Part shown: one piece after another, positions 34,653 through 47,200 of the stretch
How positions within the stretch are numbered: position 1 is the first letter of the stretch
How the letters are laid out: each line of letters begins with the position of its first letter
Assembly: GCA_965226585.1 (NCBI GenBank)
Contig: OZ245366.1
Span: forward strand, 1,152,001 to 1,216,000
DNA: 64,000 nucleotides
DNA from: Thermodesulfobacteriota bacterium
Lineage (GTDB): Bacteria; Desulfobacterota_D; UBA1144; Nemesobacterales; Mycalebacteriaceae
Direction of reading: 5' to 3'
Notes under the pieces: generated by a model
Database searches by the model: none
Told to the model about the DNA's origin: nothing
What the model saw: only the letters and a program-made list of their open reading frames with translations
Position numbers and translations under genes: made by a program

Positions 34653-35863
34653 ATGGCGGCAAACGAAAAAACCCCTGAAAAAGCGAAACCGGCGGCGATG
34701 TTCTGGCCCCTGATGAAAGACACCGTGAATGCGGAAGACAGAAAGTCGCTTTCCGATTTTGTTCTCACCTCCGAGCGTCTGACAAACGGGCCCAAAGTGC
34801 GGGAGTTTGAAGAAACCTGGAGCCGGTGGCAGGGCGCGCCGCAGTCTTTGTTTGTGTCATCGGGAAGCACGGCGAACTACCTTCTGCTTGCCGCCGTTAT
34901 GGAGCGTTACGGCATAGAGCCGGGCTCAAAAGTCGCCGTTCCCGCAGTTACGTGGTCAACCAATATCGCGCCGGTAATTCAGTGCGGGCTTGAGCCCGTT
35001 TTCTGCGATGTGAGCCGCTCGCATTTCGGCATAGAGACTGAAGATTTGAAAAAAGCCGCCAAAAAGCACGGCGACATCAAGATTGTTTTTGTAACGCATC
35101 TGTTCGGTATTCCGGCTCCGGTTCACGAGTACCGCGAGGTTTTGCCCGATGCCGTTTTCCTTGAAGATGTGTGCGAATCGCACGGCACGCAGGTCGGGGG
35201 AGAGAAAGCCGGAAACTTGTCTGAGGGTTCAACTTTCAGTTTCTATTTCGGTCATCACATGACGACTGTTGAAGGCGGAATGGTCTGTTCGCAAGATGGG
35301 CATTTGCACGAAATTATGCGGGCGAAAAGGTCTCACGGGCTTGCGAGAGAGCGCGGGGCGGAGGGGTTTGAAAAGTTCAGAAACCGGTACCCGGAAGTGG
35401 ACAAAGAGTTTCTTTTCAGCACCGGGGGTTTCAACTTCCGCAACACGGAAATCGGCGCGGTTCTGGGGCTGAGCCAGATAAAACGGCTGGACAAATTCAT
35501 AGAGCGCAGAAGGGAGATTTTCGGGCGGTTCACAAAAATGACATGGGAGAAACGCCCCGACCTGTTCAGCAGTTTTGATACTGAGGGAAACAGCAGTTAC
35601 TGCCTGCCGTTTGTGTGCAAAACGCGGGAAATGCGCGGGAAGATGCAGAAGTATATGACTGAAAACGGCGTTGAGACGCGCCCTCTTTGCGGCGGCAATA
35701 TGCTCCGCCAGCCGTTTTTAGAGGGAAAATACGGAAACCCGTCAGATTTTCCGAACGCGGACTGCCTCCATTATCATGGGTTTTTCATAGGAAACAACCA
35801 TCTGATAACGGACGGCGAAACAGAGAAACTGGAACAGTTGATTGACAGTTTCGTGAAAAAACT

Positions 35864-35867
<4 letters not shown>
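34653..35867 (+). CDS. DegT/DnrJ-superfamily PLP enzyme, ColD/RfbH-like sugar-nucleotide dehydratase
   Basis: VSSGSTAN, EDVCESHG, SFYFGHHMTTVEGGM with His at the usual Lys position, GFFIGN. Confidence 0.8.
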
Positions 35868-37156
<1,289 letters not shown>

Positions 37157-37280
37157 TTGTTTATCCCTCCTTACAACAACTGCAAAGCCGGAACGATAGA
37201 ACGTTTTGAATCCGGCTCAAAATCAACTTCCCCTATTTTAACAGCAATGCGGGTTTTATCAAAATTCCGCCCCTTCCCTC

Positions 37281-37476
37281 GTCATTCCGTTGCCCCTTTT
37301 CCCGTCATTCCTCTTTCCCCGTCCATTCCTCTTTCCCCGTCATTCCTGCGAAAGCAGGAATCCAGTATTAATTAACCAGTTGAATACTGGATTCCGTGTC
37401 AAGCACGGAATGACGGAATAGAGAAGTGTCATTCCTGCCCCTTCCGTCATTCCTGCGAAAGCAGGAATCCAGTATT
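37281..37476. repeat. Palindromic element cluster: partial units, one complete 76-bp element (37339-37414) and a lone A half (37446-37476)
   Basis: A = GTCATTCCTGCGAAAGCAGGAATCCAGTATT, spacer AATTAACCAGTTG, B = AATACTGGATTCCGTGTCAAGCACGGAATGAC. The lone A half overlaps the AT1 stop codon. Confidence 0.95.
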
Positions 37477-40400
37477 AAAACCTGTAATTAACTCCGCCTC
37501 TGAACTGTTGCACAAAAGTATCAACCGAAGAACTCACTCCGCCGCCATATTCAAAACTCACATTAAACTTCTCATAAGGGCTGTATTCAAAACCCGCGCC
37601 GTAGGTGAACATCACCCTGTCCATTGTGCCGTCAACGGGAACATTATCCCTCTCAAGCCTTCCTTCAATCTCCGACTCTGGGTTAAGCACCTGTATATCC
37701 GCCCCTGTTCTTATCCACATGTTTATTGTCTCATTGAGAGGACTCCGCGCCTCTATTGACGGACTCACGTACACAAGCAACTCGCTTATCTCATCTACCC
37801 CAAAGGCATCCATCGCCGCGTCTGCCGCACCTGTTCCTGTTGTAAGCGAAGTCTCATTAAACTTATCCGCCGTTATTTGCGATGCGCCAACCGCTACGCG
37901 GGGGAAGAAAGCGAACTCTCCCATTAAGAACGGTCTTGCCGCGCCTATTTCACCGCCAAATACTGTTGCGTCCACATCCGCAGAGTAACTGTTGCCCGCC
38001 GTTCTGGTCGCTTCCCAACTCGTTGACCCATAACGCAGGTTGCCATCAAGAACAAACTCATCAACCAACGCCTCAGCGAATATACCGCCCATGAACCTTG
38101 TTGCGTCTCCGCTTGCTTTGCCCAGTCCTTTTGTGTCCGCCGCAGTCTCTGTTTCTGAACTCGCGTCTATATCCGATATCTCATATCCGCCCGCGATGGA
38201 AACAAGCACTCCGCTGAATGGCGCGGAAAAACCGCCGGTGAAGGAATAAACATCCTCGTTATATTGTATCGCCGATGTGTGCCTTGTGTATCTCCCGCCG
38301 GATGTTGCCCATACGCATCCAGTCCAGAAATCTCCGCCCACCTCATCACTCGCCGCTCCGCCGGTTCCGCATCCTCTTGCCAACTTGTCCGCAAAGTTTC
38401 TGTCTGAACGATAGGCGGACTGTATCAGCGCGTCATATACATCCAAACTTGTGTCTTTGTGCGATGTCGCTATTAAAAACAAATTGCCGTTTTCGTCTGT
38501 CTCAACACTTACCCTTTCGCCTGTCTCCGCATTCAGGCGGTCTACAAATTCCTGCCTTTCTTCGCCTTCGGGCAGGTCATCCGCTTCAAAAATTGTGTAT
38601 TCGTTTATGTGCGTTCCGGGGATATCAACCCTGACATTAAAGCCTTCAATATCTTCCGCGCTTATCGTACCTTCAAGGTTTATCAGCGGGTCGCCCGTCA
38701 TGCTTTCAGGGTCTGCCGTGATAACAAGGGTTGAATTTTCCCCAAAGGTTATTTTCTCCAGTCCCGCAAATCCGCCTGTGTCTTGAATTACGATTGTGCC
38801 ATTGTTTATGAAACGGTCATCGCCATCGCCGAAGTTTATGGTTGCGGTTGTGTCCTCAGGGGCAGGGTCTGCAGAAGAAAGGCGGAAACGGCTGTCGCCG
38901 CTTGCTGCCCCCTCCGTCACTCCTGCCACCTCCGTCATTCCCGCCCCTTCCGTCATTCCCGCCCCCTCCGTCATTCCTGCGGAAGCAGGAATCCAGTATT
39001 GATTAGCCAGTTGAATACTGGATTCCGTGTCAGGCACGGAATGACGGGAAGGCGAAGATTGCGCTCCCGATGAGAGAGGGAAACTCCCGGTTCCGCCTGA
39101 AGACGGCTCGTTTTCCGCATTCTCAAGCATGAAAGCGCCAACAAGGAATGTTCCCGTGCCTTCGGTCGCAACGGTGTCATCGCCTGCGCCCATATCAAGG
39201 TCGCCCGTAAGCGTGAATGTCCCGCCGTCTTTAACGGTAATTGAGTCATTACCGGCTCCGGTTGTTCCCCAGCCCGTGAAAGTTCCCTCGTTTATAAAAG
39301 TGTCGGCGTTGTCGGAAAGTTGTATTCTGCCCGTTATGCTGCCGGTAGGGTCGGTTGTTATCCTTGAGCCATGGGTCGGGGAATCAACACTCACGGCATA
39401 GCCAACCTCCGTGCAGACAGAACCCGAAAGTTCACCGCCGCACACAACCGCGCCTCCTCCTACCGTCAATTCCATTAATGCCGTTCCGTTTCTGAGAGAT
39501 ACCGCCGAACTTGTGCCGCCGTTAGCCCACACTTTTGCGCCGTGAATGTTTGCCGCTGTTGTCGCCTTCACTGTTGAACTTCCCGAAGCGTTAGACCAGA
39601 CCTGCCCCGTTCCGTCTCCTGATATGACCGTAATCCCTCCGCCGGCTTTCGCTGAAATTGCCGAACTTCCAGAAGCGTTAGACCAGACTTTTCCGTCATT
39701 TGAAACATTGACCGTTTCCGCCACTATCGTGTTGCTTGTCTTGCCTTCCCCAATTGTGTTGGCTGATGTTTCGCCTACCCACACTTTTGCACCGTCAATT
39801 TCAACCGTGCCGTTTGAGATAATCGCGGAGTCTGAGTTGAACGCCGACACATTTACGCCGCCCGATACGGTTATTGTTCGCCCGTTGATTGCCGCGAACC
39901 CGTTTTCCGTCTTGACACTTAACCCGTTGTCTTCTCCCGTGCCTCCGGTTACTGACAAGGCTCCACCCGCGCTTGACGCTTCAATGGCGACTGCGCCTCT
40001 TCCCGCCACCTTGATTGTTGAGTTGGCATCTCCGGTAACGATTACATCTCCGCTTATTGATGTTGCCAAAATGCCGATTCCGCCGTCACTGTCGGTTCCC
40101 CTTCCAATAATTACCCCTCTTGACATGGTGAGGGTAATGTCTCCTCTAACCGTGTTGGCTATAACTCCGGTTTTGCCGATTATGCAGGAAAGTCTGTTCG
40201 CAATTATTACATCTACCGTTCCGTCCTCTCCGGTTACCGCCGCCAGACCGTAGGAATCTCCCATGGATGAGGAGAAGATTACCGCCCCGTTTATCAGCGA
40301 GGTCGTCAGGTCGCCGCTTGAACTCGTGAGAGTGGCGGATTTAGAGTCCGAGGTTGAACTCCACCTGACATCTCCGGGAATGCTTCTGTAACTGACAATT

Positions 40401-41001
40401 CCCGCCTCAGAACTGGTAAAAGTTAAATCAATGTTTCCGGCGTCCGTTTCCGCCACAAGACTGTTCACACCGCCCGTCTGCCGCGAATCCATTTTGCTGT
40501 ACCCGCTGAAATTTATGGCTATGCTTCCGCCCGTGCTTTTCGCTACAATTCCGTTGCCTCCGCCGGTTCCGTTAAGCCTGATACGCGAACTGCCCGTAAT
40601 CTCCATGACCAAATCGCCGCCGCCCGACACATCAATAATATTCCCGCCGGACCCTTTGGTAACGGCGTCCACATCGCCCATAAAAAAGGAAACATTGCGC
40701 GCCGCGCCAACTGTTATGGCGGGGTCTCCGTCTCCCGTTGTTGTTATATTCACTCCCATCGCGTTAAAAGCGGCATCCGTTCCGACCGCCTGAGCGTTGA
40801 CTGTAATTCCGGCTCCTGATGAAGTTTCTATGTCTCCGCCGCCCGTAAGAGCTAATGTTGCGTCTCCGGTTGCCGGAGAGCAGTTAAGAGCGGCTGTGGC
40901 TGAAGTTGTTAAGTTGCCGCAATCTGTTTGTGCATAAGCGGGCGGCGCGGCAAGCGTGAGTAAGAGAGAAAGCAGAATAAGGGGGGGGTGGCTTTAGACA
41001 T
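37475..41001 (-). CDS. Autotransporter-like adhesin AT1, frameshifted at a C8 tract near the start
   Basis: Gly/Ser/Thr-rich passenger and C-terminal beta-barrel-like region ending GGVNYRF. The main frame extends upstream of 40759 through a signal peptide (LILLSLLLTLAAPPAYA-Q). The RBS-preceded ATG at 41001 is one base out of frame. Confidence 0.85.
38907..39045. repeat. Complete 76-bp element (38970-39045) plus 18-bp tandem units, in frame inside AT1
   Basis: Translates on the minus strand as RHSVPDTESSIQLANQYWIPASAGMTEGAGMTEGAGMTEVAGVTEGA with no stop. Confidence 0.95.
40981..40988 (-). other. C8 homopolymer (G8 on +) in codons 5-7 of AT1; candidate slipped-strand switch
   Basis: ATG TCT AAA GCC A-CCCCCCCC-TT ATT CTG. 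C9 (or C6) restores the frame. Confidence 0.6.
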
Positions 41002-41065
41002 TTTAGGTGCTCCAAACTTTATTAAAGTGTAGTCTATGGACAAAAATGGGGTTAGGTCAAGTTCC

Positions 41066-41141
41066 GTCATTCCGTGCCTGACACGGAATCCAGTATTCAA
41101 CTGGTTAACTAATACTGGATTCCCGCTTCCGCAGGAATGAC
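41066..41141. repeat. Complete 76-bp element in reverse (B-to-A) orientation between the divergent AT1 and AT2 starts
   Basis: GTCATTCCGTGCCTGACACGGAATCCAGTATT-CAACTGGTTAACT-AATACTGGATTCCCGCTTCCGCAGGAATGAC. Confidence 0.95.
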
Positions 41142-41247
41142 GTTTTTTCCCTTTTCGTCATTCAAATCCCCCTCTCTCCTCTTTACAAAACCCCTTAAAC
41201 CATTAAACTAAACCCCGTATTTTCAGTCAAAAACCGGAACAATTTTT

Positions 41248-44200
41248 GTGGTCTTAAAAATCCAAAAGGCTCTCTTCACCGCTTTAACCGCGATTCTGCT
41301 CATCTCGGCAATTTCGCCCTTCCCCGCCTACGCCCAAGACTGCACAACCGTATCCTCAGTGAACTCATCAACATCCTGCACTTCAGCAACAAGCGACATC
41401 ACCGTAACCATGCAGGGCGCGATTATCACCCTTAAACCCCCCGACAGAGACGGAATAACCACAGAAACCGGCGGAAGCGGAACCATTACCGCAACCTTTA
41501 GCGAAGAAGGCAGAATCGCCTCCCGCCTGCACGACGGCGGAAACGGATTCAGAGCAACAACAGACGCCGGTAATATCACCGTATCCGTTGACGCCAGAAA
41601 CGCGGGAATCTTTATGTACCTCCCGCGTGAACAAAACAACTTCAGAGACAACAAAGGCGCGACACTCACAAGCGCGACAGGCGATATCTCCGTCTCTGTG
41701 ACCAACACATCCGCAATCCTCGCCTCCGCCGTGGGAGACTCCTACGGTCTGGCGGCGGAAACAACCGGAGCCGAAGGAACCGTCAACATTGTGCTGAGAA
41801 ATGACAATGCCTGCATTGTCGGCAGAAATGGCGTTATCGCCAATACAGTCGGCGGCGGAACCAACCTTCTGCTCTCACACTCCCTTATTGTCGGCACGGG
41901 GGCGGACGGAAAGGCGTTTGCGGCAAAATCAACCGGGGCGGGCGGCATATCAGCCACAATCGCCAACGAATCATCAGTCAAAGCGCGCAAAAGAAATTCG
42001 GCGGCGTTTGTCGCGTCATCGGCGGGCGGAGATGTGTCTCTCGTCATCACAAACTCGGCGGGAGTGGGAACTAACAGAACCGGCTCGTCAGCGGTCAACG
42101 TAAGCGCGGGCGGGTCGGGGAAAATAGTGATTGATGTAACAGGAAACGGAGGCATAAACGGCTCTAACATAATCGCGCGCGGCTCAGGCTCAACGGCGGT
42201 GGACGCAAATACGCAAACCGGAGCAATTTTCTTCAATGTTGTTGACACCAACTCCATCGTTGAAAGCGAAGGCGGTGAAAACGCCGTCTCTCTCACCAGC
42301 GAAAGCGGAGACATAAACATAAAAGTCAGCGGCGGCACGGTTGAAGGCGGCGCGTCCACAAAAAGCGTCATAAAAGCGGTTACGGGCGGCGGCGGAGCCA
42401 TAACCGCCCTGTTTGAAGGGGCTTCAAACATAAGAACAAAACCGGAAACTGTGGACGCATGGGCGGTTGACCTTTCAACCGAAAGCGGAGATTTAATGGT
42501 TCAGGTCGCCAACGGTTTTACCTTCCGGACGGAAAAAGGTGTTCGCGCCGTTTCGGATTCCGGCGATGTTACGGTGAACGGATACAGCGGATACTCCCCT
42601 GCGGGCGGATACGCCTATGTCTCAAGCAATTCAGGCACGGCATCTTTCGTAACGAACGCGCAATTCAGCCATTTTTTCAACGTATTAGGCGCGACGGCGG
42701 TTACCGCCAACACGGTTGACGGCAACGCGAGTGTGATGATTGTCGGCACGCCTTCCAGCCCGTATCTTCCCGATGCCGTGGACGCGAGGTTTATTGTCGC
42801 CACCGCAACCGGCAAGGGAAACGTGTCGGTTGAGTATGACCCCGGAAACCCCGGCGCGTCCATAACTCTCGGACATAACGCGGTCGCGGTCGCAACAAGC
42901 GCGGACAGCGGCAACACATCCATCAAATTCGGGTCGTCAAGGGTAACCACCTTAGCCAAACAGAATCAGAAAGTTATTGACGCAACTTCGGGAACGGGCG
43001 ACATAAACCTTGAATTTGAAGGCTCGTCCGCCTCTCTCGGAACCTCATCGGGAACGCGGCTTGCCGATGTAACATCCACAGGCGGCGACATAGCCGTAAC
43101 TGTCAGCCAAACACCGTCTTCTTCGGGGCTGAACTTCGCGGGCGGCAGGGGGCTTTCGCTCTCAACCGGCGGAACGGGCAACATAACGGCGGTATTTACG
43201 TCTGCTCTGCTCTACACCGGCTCTTCAGCCGTGGACGCGAGTTCGGTGGACGGCAACATAATCGTTTCAGTTGCAAGCGCGTCAACTTTGGAAACACGGG
43301 GCGCGGGCGGCGAGGCGGTGAAGGCGGCAACACAAACCGGAGATATTTTCTTTAATGTTACAGACGCGCTTTCCACTGTCATAAGCCTTGCGGGAACAAA
43401 CGCAGTTTCTCTCGCCAGCGCAAGCGGAAACATCAGCATTGAGGTAAAAGGCGGCGGAGATGTGAGGGGCGGCGCAACAACAGACAGCGTTATAAGAGCG
43501 AGCACGGGCGGAAACGGAACCATAACCGCCCTTCTTGACTCAGCCGCCTCAAACATACAAACGCCGTCAGGAACAGACGCCTACGCCCTCAACCTTTCAA
43601 GCGAAAGCGGGAACATATCCGTTAAGTTTGCCAACGGTTTCCAGACAAGGACGGTAAAAGGCGCGCACGCCGTTTCGGATTCCGGCGATGTTACGGTGAG
43701 CGGAGGCGGTTTCTTCGCCGTTGCGGGCGCGAGCAGATACGCCTATATTTCAAGTAATTCAGGCACGGCGTCTTTCGTGCCGGACTCAACTTTCAGTCAG
43801 GTTTATGAAGCTGTCGGAGCCACCTTTATTGAAGCCAACACGGTTGACGGCAACGCGAATGTGTCAATTTCGGGCATATCTTTCGGTATTGATATCGTTT
43901 CCGCGGGCGGAAGGGCGTTTGTCGCCTCCGCAACCGGCAGGGGAAACGTATCAGTCGCCTTCACGCCCGCCAATCCGTCCTATTCCTCCAAGTTAGACCT
44001 TGGGCATAACGCAGTCGGAGTTGAAACAGTTGCGGACAGCGGCAGCACAAACATAACGATTAGCGTGCCCTTTATACAACTTTCAGGCGAGAATGAACAC
44101 AACCAGAAGATTGTTTCCGCGACTTCGGGAACGGGAAATATAAGTGTTGTGTTTGAGCGCGTCAGCGCGGCTTTTGGAGGCTCAACAGGAACCCGGCTCG

Positions 44201-47200
44201 CGGATATAACATCTGCGGGCGGCAACATATCCGTGCTTGTTGACAGAACAAGTTTCCTTAACAGAGGAATGAACTTCGCGGGCGGCAGAGGGCTTTCGCT
44301 CTCAACCGGCGGAACCGGCAACATAGCGGCGAATTTCCTTTCAACCAGCGTTTTCACAAGCGAGGAAGCCGTGAACGCAACTTCAGTGGACGGCGACATA
44401 ATCGTTTCTCTTGCAGATATGGCGCGGCTGGAAACGCGGGGCGCGGGCTACTCTGCGGTGAACGCGACTTCAGTGGGCGGCAACATAACCGTTTCTCTTG
44501 CAAATCTGGCGCGGCTGGAAACGTGGGGCGCGGGAAACCCTGCGGTGAACGCAACCGTTTCGGGCGCGGGAAACATAGTTATTGATGTAAAAGGAGTGGG
44601 CGGAAGAAACGGCTCAAATATAACCGCTTTGGGCGCGGGCGCGGAGGCGGTTAAGGCGGAAACGGCAAGCGGAGACATATTTTTCAATGTTCTTAACAGA
44701 GACTCTTTTGTTAAAAGCGCGGGCGGAACAAAAGCGGTGTCTCTCACCAGCGCGGGCGGAAACATCAGCATTGAGCTCAAAGGGTCGAGAGCCAAAATTG
44801 AAGGCGGAACGGAAGCGGACAGCATTGTAAGGGCGCACACGACCGGAAGCGGAGCCATAACCGCAGTTATTGACGGGTCGCTGTCAACCATAAGAACGCC
44901 GACCGATACTGTGAACGCTTACGCTCTTAACCTCTCAACCGAAAGCGGAAACATATCCGTTACAACCTCAGGCGGGTTTCAATACAGAACTCTCAAAGGT
45001 ATCTACGCCGTTTCAGATTCAGGCGATATTACGGTGCACGACACTCCGGCATTCCCCTCCAAAGGCGGACACATCTATCTTTCAAGCAATTCAGGCGCGG
45101 CATCTTTTGTGGCGGGCGGAACCGGTTTTTTCAGCCCTGAACTGAGCGGCGAAGGCAGTGTGGGAGCCGCGATTATTGAAGTCAACACGGTCAGCGGCAA
45201 CGCTAACGTGTCAATTGCGAACATAACTTCCAGTATAGGCGCGGCATCGGCGGACGGGAGGGCGATTGTCGCCTCCGCAACCGGCACGGGAAACATAAAC
45301 GTTGTGTACAGACCCAACTTCGGCGCCGCGTTAAGGCTGGGACATAACGCGGTGGGCGTTTTAACGGTCGCAGACAGCGGCGACACAAGCATAGAATTGT
45401 CGCCCACCCAGATAATTGGCAGTCCGCAAACGCAAAACCAGAGGGTTATTTCCGCAACTTCGGGAGCGGGAGACATACGAATTGTGTTTGACCGCGCATC
45501 CATTGATTTGGCGGCAAACCCGGGAGCGCACCTCGCCGATATAACATCCGCAAGCGGCGACATAAACTTCTTTCTCGCGAACGGAAGCGGGGCTATAGGC
45601 GGAGCGAATTTCGCTCGGGGCAGAGGGCTTGTGCTGAAAACCGGCGGAACCGGAAGCATAACCGCGAATTTCGCGCCCGCTTTTGTTATGGCGCGCGAAA
45701 CGGCGGCGGAGGCGAAAACAGACGCGGGCAAACTGATTTTTGAGATAAGTTCCAGACTCACATCCACGGGAGACAACGTGGAAACGGTTTCAATGAAAAC
45801 CGGTTCGGGAACCGCCTTTGTCAACGCGGCTTCGGGAACAAACATTCTGGCAACCGGCTCAAGCGGCTCAACCGCTCTCGCGGTGGAAACGGGAACGGGA
45901 ACGATTACCGCAAACGTTTTACCGGGCGCGCGCATAGAATCGGTCGGCGCGGCTGAAAACGCCGTTTCACTTATAAGCGGAGGCGGAAGCGTCCTGCTTC
46001 TGATTAAGTCCGGCTATGCGGTAAGTGAAGACGACACCTCAAGCACTCCGGTTCCAAACGGCATTGTGTCAACGGGCGACAATGCTAACACGGTCGCCAT
46101 ATCATCGCAATCCGGCAGTGTATCCGTTAGAACCTTGAAGGCGGAAGGCGCCGAACACGGCGCGTATGTCAGGGCTTCGGGAACCGGCTCAAGGGCGTTC
46201 TCGGTTTCAACCGGCTCAAGCGGCGGAACATCAATTTATATGAGAGAGGAAGCCACCGTGCGGGCTTTCGGACGCGACTCCACAGTGCTTTCGGCAAATA
46301 CTGACGCGGGCCTGCTGATTCTCCAGTTTGACGACGCGGATGCGCGCGCGCGCGGAGAGAACGCGCACATTGTGGAAGCGCAAACAAACAGCGGAACTAT
46401 GTCAATCCAGTTCAAAGACACAAATATTGAGACCACAGACGGAGACGCTGTTGTGTTCAGCAGTAATTATGACATTGAGAAGGATGACAATATTGAGAGG
46501 AATGCGATGACCGGGAAGAAGGATAAGAAGCCGACGAATATTAACGGGGTTCTGGCAATTGACATTCTTAACGGCGCGGCAATTAAGGCGGGAGGAGACG
46601 ACCGGAACGCGGTAAGAGTGTCAACAGTCAGCGGAAGTGTGCAGGTTTCCCTTTACTTAGGCGTTGCAGGCGCAGTAAGCCCCCCGTCTCTCAGGTCTAC
46701 GGGAAAAAACGGTCACGCCATTGCCGTCTCAAGCAACAGCGGAGACTTGAGAGTATCATCCACGGCGCCGCAGGGAAGGTTTGAGGGGGATGAAACGGAT
46801 GTTCTCATGAACACAATCAGCGGCGACATAATATTTACTATGGTGGACCCGCAAGGATTCGGCCAGAACGGATTCCTTCGCGCGGTTACCAATTCGGGAG
46901 ATATATCCGTTAGGACCGTCAACGCAAGTCCTTTTCCGAGTCAGCCGGACTCGGTGGCATACGACCTAATCGCGACCACCGGTAATGTGTCCGCAAATAT
47001 CATCCGGGGCGGCGGGGTAACGGGAGATGACAGAGGAATCTACGTCAACGCCTCAACCGTGTCGGGAGAGATATCCCTCACGTTTGATGACGGAGACCCT
47101 CCCAGCACCGTTGTTAGAACATCATCCATTCGGGTGGGAGGGCACGGGGGATCAACGGATGAATCCGCCATAGCGACAAGCACGTCTTCCGGCGATACAA

